63,255 nt of DNA from Candidatus Woesearchaeota archaeon (GTDB taxonomy: Archaea; Nanobdellota; Nanobdellia; Pacearchaeales; UBA284). Location: NCBI GenBank assembly GCA_964354405.1, contig CAYGZP010000001.1:272879-336133 (forward strand). Reading direction: 5' to 3'. The notes under the pieces are model-generated. The model was not told the DNA's origin. It did not search any database and was given only the letters and a program-made list of their open reading frames with translations. Positions 9,889-19,125 of this stretch are shown piece by piece; position 1 is the first letter of the stretch, and every line of letters starts with the position of its first letter. Made by a program: the position numbers and the translations under genes.

Positions 9889-10830
9889 TTAAAATTTCAT
9901 CTTTCTATCTCGCGTGTCTCGTTTCATAAGCAAGACAACTCTCGAGTTTTTCTTTTCGTCAATGAGCTTGTAGTCAGAGTATTTTGAAATTTGTTTTGCA
10001 AAATCCTTAATTTCGTTATGCAGAGGCATGTAAGGCATTCCTAATCTTGCGCGAGAGAAACCTACAGCCATGTAGGCTTTAACCTCAACGAACTTTGGCT
10101 TAGCAATCTTAATTAACTTAGCATATCCCTCAGCATCAGTCATGTTAATGTTTCTTACGAGAGTCAATCTTAACACAGTCCTTGTTTTCTTGTTCAGTTT
10201 TGGCAAGAGCTCCAAGGTTTTCATTAATTTTTTCCACGAGCCTGTGACTGGCCTATCAATTTTCTTGTAAATCTGCTCGTTCGGCGCGTCAAGAGAAACA
10301 TAAAGTTGTGTTGGTGGCTCAATTTTTGCAAGAACTTTGGGAAGCATGCCATTAGTCACAAGAAAACTCGTTATTTTTCTTTTTTTCAGTTCTTTGATAA
10401 GTTCAGAGATTTTAGGATAAATTGTTGGCTCGCCTGCAAGACTTATAGCAAAATGCTTTGGTTGAAAAGCCTCTTGAAGTTTTTTTCTGTTGACTTTAGA
10501 ATTTCCCTTGAATCCGATTAATTGTTTTTTCTGCGCCGCTATACATTTATCGATGATTTCTTGAGGTGAATCAATCTTGCCCTTTATCTTGTCTCCGAGA
10601 GTATGTTCTATTGCGCGCCAGCAAAACAAGCATCTATGCTGGCACCACGCAACAGCTGGAGTCATCTGGCAGCATCTATGGCTTTTAATTCCATAGAACT
10701 TTTGTTTATAGCAGAAATCTTGGTCAAGAAGTGAGCGTTTTGTCCACATACAGACTTCAACTGCACTATGCTCTCCGACTAAGGCATAATGCTGTTTTTT
10801 CAACAAGTTCTGGAGTTTTTTTGGGAGCAT
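9889..10830 (-). CDS. taw1: 4-demethylwyosine synthase (radical SAM)
   Basis: CYKQKFYGIKSHRCCQMTP, CQHRCLFCWR and HFAISLAGEPT, all TYW1 motifs. Confidence 0.92.
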   Translation of the reverse strand: MLPKKLQNLLKKQHYALVGEHSAVEVCMWTKRSLLDQDFCYKQKFYGIKSHRCCQMTPAVAWCQHRCLFCWRAIEHTLGDKIKGKIDSPQEIIDKCIAAQKKQLIGFKGNSKVNRKKLQEAFQPKHFAISLAGEPTIYPKISELIKELKKRKITSFLVTNGMLPKVLAKIEPPTQLYVSLDAPNEQIYKKIDRPVTGSWKKLMKTLELLPKLNKKTRTVLRLTLVRNINMTDAEGYAKLIKIAKPKFVEVKAYMAVGFSRARLGMPYMPLHNEIKDFAKQISKYSDYKLIDEKKNSRVVLLMKRDTRDRKMKF

Positions 10831-10873
10831 TTCACATCACAAGAATTATAAATAAAATTAGTTTAAAAATATA

Positions 10874-11617
10874 ATGAACCATCAAGAGATAGGCAACATC
10901 GCCATATTCCATAAAATAAGTAAGAAAGAAGCTGAAAAATTCTTGAAAAAATTCAAACATATCAAAACAGTCTGTGTAAGAAGGGGCTCAATCAAAGGCA
11001 AGTTCAGAAAACCGCAGCTCAAAGTTCTTGTTTCTCGAGCAAAAAAAGCTAAAACTGAAACAATTCATCAAGAGCAAGGCGTCTTTTACAAAATTGATGT
11101 GTCAAAACTAATGTTTTCAAAAGGGAATATCAATGAAAGACATCGCATTGCGAAAATTGCAAAGAAAAATGAAACTGTAATTGATATGTTTGCAGGCATA
11201 GGTTATTTTTCTATCCCTCTTGCAAAAAAAGTCAAAAAAGTTTATGCAATTGAGCTTAATCCTATATCTTATCATTATTTGAATGAAAATATTAAATTGA
11301 ATAAATTGAGAAATGTGATTGCTTTTCATGGAAATTGCGCAAAAGTTGTGCCAAGACTAAAAACAAAAGCAGATAGAATTGTTATGGGCTTTTTGCCCTC
11401 ACCATTCAAATATCTCCGAGCTGCTTTTTTCGCCTGCAAGAAAGGCACGATTATTCATTATTCTTGTCTAATAGCCAGAAACAAGGAAAAACAAGAGATT
11501 CTTGCGCTTGTCAATAAAATAAACAATATCAAAAAGGCCAAATTAATAAGAGCAGTGAAAGTTAAAAGTTACTCACATTCTAAAGAACACTATGTTCTAG
11601 ACCTGAAGCTGCCTTGA
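10874..11617 (+). CDS. taw2: Taw2/Trm5 (Met-10+) family SAM-dependent tRNA-modifying enzyme
   Basis: KLMFSKGNINER, DMFAGIGYF and ELNP motifs; divergent from taw1. Confidence 0.75.
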   Translation: MNHQEIGNIAIFHKISKKEAEKFLKKFKHIKTVCVRRGSIKGKFRKPQLKVLVSRAKKAKTETIHQEQGVFYKIDVSKLMFSKGNINERHRIAKIAKKNETVIDMFAGIGYFSIPLAKKVKKVYAIELNPISYHYLNENIKLNKLRNVIAFHGNCAKVVPRLKTKADRIVMGFLPSPFKYLRAAFFACKKGTIIHYSCLIARNKEKQEILALVNKINNIKKAKLIRAVKVKSYSHSKEHYVLDLKLP

Positions 11618-11969
11618 AATATATTGGTTCTATATATTTTGTAATCAAATTTGATAAAAACTTTAACATTCTCTCTTCTTGAGCTAAAGGGATAGAAATT
11701 TTTTTCTTTGGTTGTTTGACTATATCCTTCCCTAAACCTTTACTAATTCTATAAAAACATTTTATATAAATATCATTATCGACTTTTTCTGTGTCTACCC
11801 AAATTGTCGCTTCAGTATACACCCTATCTACTGATTTTCCCTTACCTAATCTAATAAGTTCAATCACTTTTTCAGGCAAAAATCCAGCTTCAATGGGCTG
11901 CTCTATTCGCCAACCTTCATACAGCCTTATTTTTTCTTTTAATTTTTCATAAAAATTCGTTAATGGCAT
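11580..11969 (-). CDS. Hypothetical protein
   Basis: 129-aa ORF with no recognised motif. Confidence 0.55.
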   Translation of the reverse strand: MPLTNFYEKLKEKIRLYEGWRIEQPIEAGFLPEKVIELIRLGKGKSVDRVYTEATIWVDTEKVDNDIYIKCFYRISKGLGKDIVKQPKKKISIPLAQEERMLKFLSNLITKYIEPIYFKAASGLEHSVL

Positions 11970-12023
11970 ATTTTTCTTAAGATTTTGATTTTTATAATGA
12001 TTATGGTTTTTCAGAACATATTT

Positions 12024-13145
12024 TTAGAATACAAATTGATACAAAATTCCTGCGATGAACAACAAGGTTAACAGCGCGATTATAAAATAATTGATATACA
12101 TTTTGTACTCGGGTTTTCTTTTTCCCTTCTTTTTTGCCTTGAGAAGCATGAACAGCGCGAGGATTCCTGTTAGTCCTCCTGAAACTGCCCCGCTCCATTC
12201 AAGAATTATTGTAAAAGTGGCGAGCTGAAGTTTTGTGATGATAAGGAAAAATACAAAAGGCACTACAATCGCGAGCAGCCATGCCCAAAAATGCTTCAAT
12301 TTCAAATCAAGTTTGTACATATCTCGCAAAGCATTGCTTAATGCAAAACATGCTGTGAACATCGTGAATACAGCAAGTAGCGAGGGTAGTTTGCCTAAGG
12401 CAATTGTAGCGATTTCTGGAGTTGCCTTGCCCACAAAGCCAACAACTGCTAATGTAAAGATTATATAAGCTATGAGGGGAATCAATGCACCGATTATAAT
12501 TGCCTTTTTGAAAATCTTTTCATTTCCTTTAATTTCTTGCTTTACTTCAGGCAACGCGCTGAAACTGAGAAACGAAAATAAGATAACACCATAGGGCAGA
12601 AACCATTCAAACAAATTGCTCGAAGTATAAGTTAAATTGCTCAAGGCTATTTTTGGCAAGAATATTGCTGCAAGTATAACTACTATTGACAAAACAACAA
12701 TCATCCCGATTGTTTCGCCTTTTTTCAAAGCTTCAATGCCAAAAAATACCAGAAGCGCGACAACAACAAAGAAACCCAAGCTGAATAATAATGCTGAGTT
12801 GTTCGCGCCAGTAAAAATAAAGCTGAGAACTTGCCCTTCGCCGATAAAATATGCAATCGTCGCAGCATATATACCAAACAGCATCGCAAAAATCATAAGA
12901 GCCCGAGCCCATTTGCCAAGATAAAGCGAGGCATATCCCGGAAGCTGATGATTTCCTTTAGTTCTCAGGATAATTTCCCCGATATACAAATTAACTAAAA
13001 CAATGATCCCCGCCAGAACAACGAGATGGATAAGCCCAATCAAAAACCCACTCTTGGAAACAACATAAGGAATGCCCAAGAACCCCGCGCCTATCGCAGT
13101 TCCTGTCAGAGTTGCTACAGCTGCGAACAAGCCTCCTTTTTTCAT
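12024..13145 (-). CDS. Aromatic amino acid permease (HAAAP/Trp-Tyr family)
   Basis: GTAIGAGFLGIP motif and about 11 TM helices. ATG at 13145 preferred to 13190. Confidence 0.85.
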   Translation of the reverse strand: MKKGGLFAAVATLTGTAIGAGFLGIPYVVSKSGFLIGLIHLVVLAGIIVLVNLYIGEIILRTKGNHQLPGYASLYLGKWARALMIFAMLFGIYAATIAYFIGEGQVLSFIFTGANNSALLFSLGFFVVVALLVFFGIEALKKGETIGMIVVLSIVVILAAIFLPKIALSNLTYTSSNLFEWFLPYGVILFSFLSFSALPEVKQEIKGNEKIFKKAIIIGALIPLIAYIIFTLAVVGFVGKATPEIATIALGKLPSLLAVFTMFTACFALSNALRDMYKLDLKLKHFWAWLLAIVVPFVFFLIITKLQLATFTIILEWSGAVSGGLTGILALFMLLKAKKKGKRKPEYKMYINYFIIALLTLLFIAGILYQFVF

Positions 13146-13205
13146 AACCTGAAAAGCAAACAGAGTTTTAAATATCTTTTTAAATCTCACATCGCTTTAT
13201 AATCA

Positions 13206-13277
13206 GGGCCTATAGTTCAACGGATAAAACAACTGGCTTCGGACCAGTAGTTGGGGGTTCGAATCCTCCTAGGCCCA
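13206..13277 (+). tRNA. tRNA-Arg (TCG)
   Basis: Acceptor GGGCCTA/TAGGCCC; anticodon arm ACTGG-CTTCGGA-CCAGT; T-loop GTTCGAATC. Confidence 0.92.
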
Positions 13278-13338
13278 TTTCATAAAGTATAAAAACGAAA
13301 GTTTTGTTTTATAGTTGAACAGGAAAAAAGAGGATAGA

Positions 13339-13722
13339 ATGAAAGTCAAGGAAATTATGAAAAAGATTGTCACAATTGATAGAAAAGCAACAATAAAAGA
13401 GGCCGCGGCAATAATGAGCAAAAAATCCATTGGCTCTTTAGTTGTCACAGAAAAAGACTTGATTGTCGGTATTATCACAGAGCGCGATATTATAAAATAT
13501 GTGTCTAAATCCAATCACATGGGCGCGAAAGTAGAGGAAATTATGACTCAGGATGTAGTAACAATCGAGCCTGGAGCGAGCCTTGACGAGGCAGCTGACT
13601 GCATGTTCCAGCACAAGATTAAGAAACTTCCAGTAGTTGAAAATGGCAAATTGTTAGGGATAATCACAGCAACAGACATTATAGCTAATGCAGATAGCAT
13701 TGACGAGCCTTTCTTGTTCTAA
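13339..13722 (+). CDS. CBS-domain pair protein
   Basis: Two CBS repeats (VGIITERDI, LGIITATDI). ATG at 13339. Confidence 0.88.
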   Translation: MKVKEIMKKIVTIDRKATIKEAAAIMSKKSIGSLVVTEKDLIVGIITERDIIKYVSKSNHMGAKVEEIMTQDVVTIEPGASLDEAADCMFQHKIKKLPVVENGKLLGIITATDIIANADSIDEPFLF

Positions 13723-13768
13723 TTTATTCTAAAGTTTTATAATATTTGTTTTCTTGATTTTTTCAAGC

Positions 13769-13842
13769 GGGGTTGTAGTATAACTTGGCTAGTATTCAAG
13801 GTTCGGGACTTTGCGATCTGGGTTCAAATCCCAGCAACCCCA
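13769..13842 (+). tRNA. tRNA-Pro (CGG)
   Basis: Acceptor GGGGTTG/CAACCCC; anticodon arm CAAGG-TTCGGGA-CTTTG; T-loop GTTCAAATC. Confidence 0.9.
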
Positions 13843-13913
13843 TTTCTTAATTTTTTCATTGTTGTTCTGAAAAACGAAAATCTTTTTATATGCGCGAGTT
13901 TAAGAAAAAGGTT

Positions 13914-14381
13914 ATGGGACTTAAAAAAATATTAGACACTTTATTTGAACCGCGCAATGGGAAAAAATGTCAAGAAAAAACAGATGCTGCTATGGGTTTT
14001 GTGCTTACTAATATCGCTAGGGGGTTTTCAGAAACTTATTCTTGGATGCATGATGGAATTGGTCTCATTACAGATTCTATTGTAGAAGGCTATAAGCAAG
14101 GGCATGATGTAAGGATGTTTGCAAAGTTATATCAACAATGGATATATAAAAAAACAGATTTCTGCAATACATATTATATAAATGGGGATTCTCTCTGTGT
14201 TATTTCTAAGCAATTTTATGATAAAAGTTTTGTTGGAGATTTTTGCAACAAGAAGGGGTATGGTCCTGATACTGAAGTTAAAATAAAAAAGAGGGGTTCT
14301 TGTTTTCATAGGGGTTATTGTCAATGTTCTATAATCCCAAGAAGAGATGAACCAAAAGAAACCTTAATAAATCCAACTTAA
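13914..14381 (+). CDS. Hypothetical protein (possibly V4R-like C-terminus)
   Basis: ORF with terminal C-x5-C (CFHRGYC); family uncertain. Confidence 0.55.
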   Translation: MGLKKILDTLFEPRNGKKCQEKTDAAMGFVLTNIARGFSETYSWMHDGIGLITDSIVEGYKQGHDVRMFAKLYQQWIYKKTDFCNTYYINGDSLCVISKQFYDKSFVGDFCNKKGYGPDTEVKIKKRGSCFHRGYCQCSIIPRRDEPKETLINPT

Positions 14382-14412
14382 CTATTTCTCTTGAAAAAAG
14401 AGGCAGAGTGAA

Positions 14413-15687
14413 ATGAAATATGAAGATTATGTTGACTTGAGCTATAAGCCCAGCAAGAATGATTTGGTTTGCGATTTCTATATTGAGAGCAAGGGTTATC
14501 ATGACTTAAAACGCACAGCTGGCGGAGTCGCAGCTGAAAGCAGCATTGGAACATGGACTGAAACGACTACAATGAAAGAATATATGATGAACCTCGCTGC
14601 AACTGTTTTTTCTTTAAAGACATTAAACAAAAACTCCGCCAATATCAAAATCGCTTATCCTAATGATTTGTTCGAGCCCGCGAACTTGCCAAACATTATG
14701 TCAAGTGTAGCAGGAAATGTTTTTGGAATGAAAGACGTCGCTAATCTAAGATTGAATGATATAACTTTCCCTAAGAATATTGCGCAAAGCTTCAAAGGCC
14801 CAAAATATGGCATAGATGGCATAAGAAAACTTTTCAAAAATGCTAGGCGGCCGCTCATCAGCGTTAAGCTAAGACCCCTCATTGGAACAATTGTAAAGCC
14901 TAAGCTGGGGTTAAATGTTCATGATCATGCTCTTGTTGCTTACAAAGCTTGGCTTGGCGGCTGTGACATTGTTAAAGATGATGAGAATCTTTCGAGCCAG
15001 AAATTCAACAGGTTTGAGGCAAGATTAAAAGAGACAGTAAAATTAAAGGAACGAGCAGAAGAAGAGACAGGCGAAAAGAAAGTTTACATGATTAATGTTA
15101 CTGCTGAAACAAAAGAGATGCTGAAAAGGGCAAAGTTAGCTCAGGATTATGGAAACGAGTATGTCATGATAGATATTATAACAATGGGATGGGCAGCTTT
15201 GCAAACTCTGAGAAATGAGAACTTTAATTTAGTGTTGCATGCTCATCGCGCAGGCCACGCTGCTCTTGATAAGAATGTTAAACACGGCATTAACATGAAA
15301 GTCATTGCTCGATTGACAAGAATGATTGGCCTTGATCAATTACACATTGGCACAGCTGTAGGAAAGATGTTTGAAACTCACGAAGATGTCTTGGAAAACA
15401 AAAAAGCCTTGACTGATGATTTCTATGGCATAAAGAAAGTGATGCCAGTAGCATCAGGAGGCTTGCATCCTTTGATGATCCCCCAGCTTTACAAGATTTT
15501 CGGAAATGATGTTATATTACAGTTCGGCGGCGGCATTCACGGACATCCTTTAGGGACTTTAGCAGGAGCCAAGGCAGCTAGACAAGCTCTAGATGCAGTT
15601 CTTGAAAAAAAGAGTCTTGATGCTTATGCTAAAGCTAGAAGTTTGATTGAACTTAAGGCAGCTCTGAAGCATTTTAACAAAGAATAG
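14413..15687 (+). CDS. rbcL: RuBisCO large subunit, archaeal form III(-like)
   Basis: AAESSIGTW, GTIVKPKLG, DIVKDDE, HAHRA, QLHIGT.VGKM, SGG and GGG: catalytic residues present. Confidence 0.93.
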   Translation: MKYEDYVDLSYKPSKNDLVCDFYIESKGYHDLKRTAGGVAAESSIGTWTETTTMKEYMMNLAATVFSLKTLNKNSANIKIAYPNDLFEPANLPNIMSSVAGNVFGMKDVANLRLNDITFPKNIAQSFKGPKYGIDGIRKLFKNARRPLISVKLRPLIGTIVKPKLGLNVHDHALVAYKAWLGGCDIVKDDENLSSQKFNRFEARLKETVKLKERAEEETGEKKVYMINVTAETKEMLKRAKLAQDYGNEYVMIDIITMGWAALQTLRNENFNLVLHAHRAGHAALDKNVKHGINMKVIARLTRMIGLDQLHIGTAVGKMFETHEDVLENKKALTDDFYGIKKVMPVASGGLHPLMIPQLYKIFGNDVILQFGGGIHGHPLGTLAGAKAARQALDAVLEKKSLDAYAKARSLIELKAALKHFNKE

Positions 15688-15797
15688 CGTTGAAATGAAG
15701 TTTTCGCGTACGAAAACTTTATAAATCTACTTTTGATTTCATAGTTACTATTTAAATTTTGAATTAAATAAATTACACACAGAAAAAAACACAGAAA

Positions 15798-17084
15798 ATG
15801 GCAGGAGAAAAACCAAATTTGAACGTAGTGTTTATCGGTCACGTCGACCACGGTAAAAGTACAAGCATCGGAAGATTGATGTACGAGTCTGGGAAGTTCA
15901 CAGAACAAGAGCTTCAGAAGATGAAGGACATCGCAGAGAAGCTTGGAAAGAAGGGTTTTGAGTTTGCTTTTGTTATGGACAGATTGAAAGAAGAGCGAGA
16001 AAGAGGCCTTACAATTGATTTGTCTTATCAGAAACTCATAACAAAGAAATTCCAGGTCACTATAATCGATGCTCCAGGACACAGAGACTTCGTTAAGAAC
16101 ATGATAACTGGAACCAGTCAGGCAGATGCCGCTATTCTTACAGTAGCTGTCCAACATGGAGTTATGGCTCAGACAAAAGAGCACATATGGCTATGCAGGA
16201 CAATGGGTGTCGAGCAGATGGCAGTTCTAGTGAATCAGATGGACACAGTTAACTACGCGCAGGACAAATTCAATAAAGTTGTCGAAGACTTGAAGCAGTT
16301 GTTAAAGACAGCAGGCTACAAGACAGACAAGATTAACTTTATTCCAGCAAGTGCTTTCGAGGGACACAACATAACAAAGAAAAGCGACAAGTTGAGCTGG
16401 TATAACGGCCCAACACTGTTAGAGCAATTTGACTTGTTTGAGATGCCAAAGAAGCCTGTAGATTTGCCTTTGAGAATAGCAATCCAGGATGTTTACACTA
16501 TCACAGGTGTAGGCACAGTTCCTGTTGGCAAGATTGAAAGTGGCAAGGTCAAGCCCAATGATAAAGTTATCATTCTTCCAGCAAAGACAGGAAAGGGCAT
16601 CACAGGAGAAGTCAAAACAGTGGAGATGCATCACGAAGCATTGCCAGAAGCAATTGCAGGAGACAATGTGGGATTGAACATCAGGGGCATTGGAAAAGGA
16701 GATTGTGCTCGAGGAGATGTTATAGCACATTTAGACAATCCACCCTCAATTGCTGAAGAGTTCACAGCGCAGATAGCAGTTATCAACCATCCGACAGTTA
16801 TCGCAAAAGGCTACACCCCAGTATTGCACATCTATACAGCTCAGGTGCCGGCTCAGTTCATTGAGCTTGTGAAGACGCTTGATCCCAAGACAGGGCAAGT
16901 GGCTCAGGAGCATCCGGACTTCTTGAAGAACGGCGATGTTGCGATAGTGAAGATAAAGCCGATGAAACCTTTAGTTATCGAGAAGCAGAGTGTCAATCCT
17001 CACATGGCGAGATTCGCTGTGCGAGACGCAGGTCAGACAGTTGCAGCTGGAATTTGCATCGACGTGGTTGCTAAGAAGCTATAG
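15798..17084 (+). CDS. tuf: Translation elongation factor EF-1 alpha
   Basis: GHVDHGKST, ERERGLTID, DAPGHRDFVKNMITG, GVGTVPVG and RFAVRD. Confidence 0.96.
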   Translation: MAGEKPNLNVVFIGHVDHGKSTSIGRLMYESGKFTEQELQKMKDIAEKLGKKGFEFAFVMDRLKEERERGLTIDLSYQKLITKKFQVTIIDAPGHRDFVKNMITGTSQADAAILTVAVQHGVMAQTKEHIWLCRTMGVEQMAVLVNQMDTVNYAQDKFNKVVEDLKQLLKTAGYKTDKINFIPASAFEGHNITKKSDKLSWYNGPTLLEQFDLFEMPKKPVDLPLRIAIQDVYTITGVGTVPVGKIESGKVKPNDKVIILPAKTGKGITGEVKTVEMHHEALPEAIAGDNVGLNIRGIGKGDCARGDVIAHLDNPPSIAEEFTAQIAVINHPTVIAKGYTPVLHIYTAQVPAQFIELVKTLDPKTGQVAQEHPDFLKNGDVAIVKIKPMKPLVIEKQSVNPHMARFAVRDAGQTVAAGICIDVVAKKL

Positions 17085-17140
17085 TTTTTACTTTTTTTTA
17101 TTTTTTAATTTATAATTTAGTCTAAGCCTTTTCAAGGCTT
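17085..17140 (+). terminator. T-rich terminator with short hairpin after tuf
   Basis: Multiple T-runs followed by the inverted repeat AAGCCTT-TTC-AAGGCTT. Confidence 0.5.
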
Positions 17141-17196
17141 TTTCTATTTTTTTAAGCTAGAGCGATAGCTATGAGAAAATATTTAAGGGTTTCTGT

Positions 17197-18057
17197 CTAA
17201 GCAGCAACCAACAAAGACTCTTTTTCTACAGCCAAATTATCAAAAGTAAGATTTCTTTTAAAGATTTTTACAGTTGAATGATTATCTAATTTGTTAGTAC
17301 CATATTTAATATGACATCTTATTTCTTTTTCTTTACAAAAATTTTCAACAATTTCAGCGCACCTTTGATAAAAAGATTCGTTTTCCGGAAAATTGCTTGA
17401 TTTACAATTATAGTTGAGCTTTCCGAAAATAATATTATCTACAAAGGAAACTTCTTTTAAAATTTTTAGTAAGTCTTGTTTAATTAAATTAGGAGTAGGG
17501 TAAGGTTCCATGCTAATCCATGTCTTCAAACCAGCATCATGCAACCTTTTCAATGATTTAATTCGGCCTAAATAGGGAGCACTGAAAGGTTCAAATTTAT
17601 TTTTAAAATCTTTATCTAGAGAAACTAAAGTTATCCCATATTCATTTTTATTGCTATATTTGCTTAAATCTGCTAATTCTTTAGGATAAATGCCCTTAGT
17701 CAATACAGTACACTTTACACCATTTCTATTTAATTTATTTATTATTTTAAGAGTCATTTCCGTAATCTCTGGGTATTTATACATGAAAGGATCTGTTGAA
17801 AAACACAAATGTACAAATTTAATTTCACTTTTATATTTTGGAATTTCTTTATCTAAAAGTTCTAATGCGTTCTTAACAAGTTTGGGTTTACACCAGTCAG
17901 AATAAGATTTGACTTTTCCAAATCTCTTGGCCATCAAGAAAGCATAACATGGAAATTTACAGCCATGTGCACAACCCTCTACATGATTTATACACCAATC
18001 AGCATATTCAACCCTGCTTTTATATAAAAGACTTTTACGAACTATGAATTTAACCAT
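17197..18057 (-). CDS. Radical SAM protein (spore photoproduct lyase-like, TcmP partner)
   Basis: INHVEGCAHGCKFPCYA three-Cys motif; TDPF, LTKG, and GLKTWISMEP. Confidence 0.8.
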   Translation of the reverse strand: MVKFIVRKSLLYKSRVEYADWCINHVEGCAHGCKFPCYAFLMAKRFGKVKSYSDWCKPKLVKNALELLDKEIPKYKSEIKFVHLCFSTDPFMYKYPEITEMTLKIINKLNRNGVKCTVLTKGIYPKELADLSKYSNKNEYGITLVSLDKDFKNKFEPFSAPYLGRIKSLKRLHDAGLKTWISMEPYPTPNLIKQDLLKILKEVSFVDNIIFGKLNYNCKSSNFPENESFYQRCAEIVENFCKEKEIRCHIKYGTNKLDNHSTVKIFKRNLTFDNLAVEKESLLVAA

Positions 18058-18135
18058 CTCCTCTTTTTGACTTGCCTCTTTTAGCCAACCTTTTTGTTTA
18101 TATAAATACCAAGGAATTTTGATTTTTATATCTTA

Positions 18136-19065
18136 CTAAAATCCGTAATTAGTTAAAGGTTTTATCCCTTTTTTAATAGCATCTACTTTTTTTAATTCCG
18201 TTTTATTCTCCTTCTGAGCCTTATTAACAAGTTGTATTATCCAAGGAATAAATCTTTTTTCGACAAGAGAATAGCCGGAGTCATTCAAAGCTAAAATGAT
18301 ATAATAAATGGGGTTATTTGCTTGAGTACTTGTTATCTTAATAGGTTGTGGAATTTTATATCCTAAGGTTTTTAATTGTTCAATAAAAGTTTCGAGAAGA
18401 GCTAATTCAATAGGAGCATTTATTTTCATTTTTTGGTTACTTTTCATTTTTTCTAACCATTTATTTGTTCCTATACTTTCAGATATATTATTTATACACT
18501 TATTTTTACTTTCTTCCGATTTACATGCACCAGAGGCCTTAAACTCCTGAAGCATGCTATAAACCATGAAATTTATTATTAATTCTGGGCGTCTTAATTT
18601 ACCATTATACTCATGAAAGTGTTTAGATATTCCCTCTATAGTAGACCATTTTAGCTGTTCATGATTAGTAGGGTCTAAGTAAAATATTGAAAACTGATCA
18701 GAAGGAATTTTTTTAAGAATTTCCTTATATACACTATTTGCATCTTCACAATAATATTCGGCTATATACTCCTTGAATTCTTTAGTATTTTCTTTAATTT
18801 TTTCTATTTTATTAGGATCATTATCATTAAGAAAACAACATATATCAAAATTTTTTTTGTCAGCATGTCTTAATAAAGAATAAATAAGTGGCGGCGGATA
18901 TTTTTCTCCTGTTTCAATTATCAAACATTCTCCATCTCCACAATATAAATCTGCATAATATAACTTTTTAAAAGGACCTTGTTTTGGTTTAATGAGTGCC
19001 CGGATTAATTTAAAGTAATACCCTAACGCCCTATGTTTTTTGCAACTGTGTATTTTTATATTCAT
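18136..19065 (-). CDS. tcmP: Three-Cys-motif partner protein TcmP (MTase-like fold)
   Basis: HS..KH..L.YY, YADLYCGDG, FYLDP and ELIINF motifs; next to a three-Cys radical SAM gene. SD GGAGG precedes ATG at 19065. Confidence 0.78.
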   Translation of the reverse strand: MNIKIHSCKKHRALGYYFKLIRALIKPKQGPFKKLYYADLYCGDGECLIIETGEKYPPPLIYSLLRHADKKNFDICCFLNDNDPNKIEKIKENTKEFKEYIAEYYCEDANSVYKEILKKIPSDQFSIFYLDPTNHEQLKWSTIEGISKHFHEYNGKLRRPELIINFMVYSMLQEFKASGACKSEESKNKCINNISESIGTNKWLEKMKSNQKMKINAPIELALLETFIEQLKTLGYKIPQPIKITSTQANNPIYYIILALNDSGYSLVEKRFIPWIIQLVNKAQKENKTELKKVDAIKKGIKPLTNYGF

Positions 19066-19125
19066 CTCGTCCCCCTCCTTCATCCCACAAGCCCTCGCGT
19101 TTTTATAAATTTTGGGGTTCTGTTT

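Noticed and set aside
15624..16184. 186-aa antisense ORF and the many other short antisense/overlapping ORFs in the track
   Set aside because: Shadow ORFs opposite well-supported genes (tuf, dnaG, smc, cdc48 and others), with no motifs of their own.
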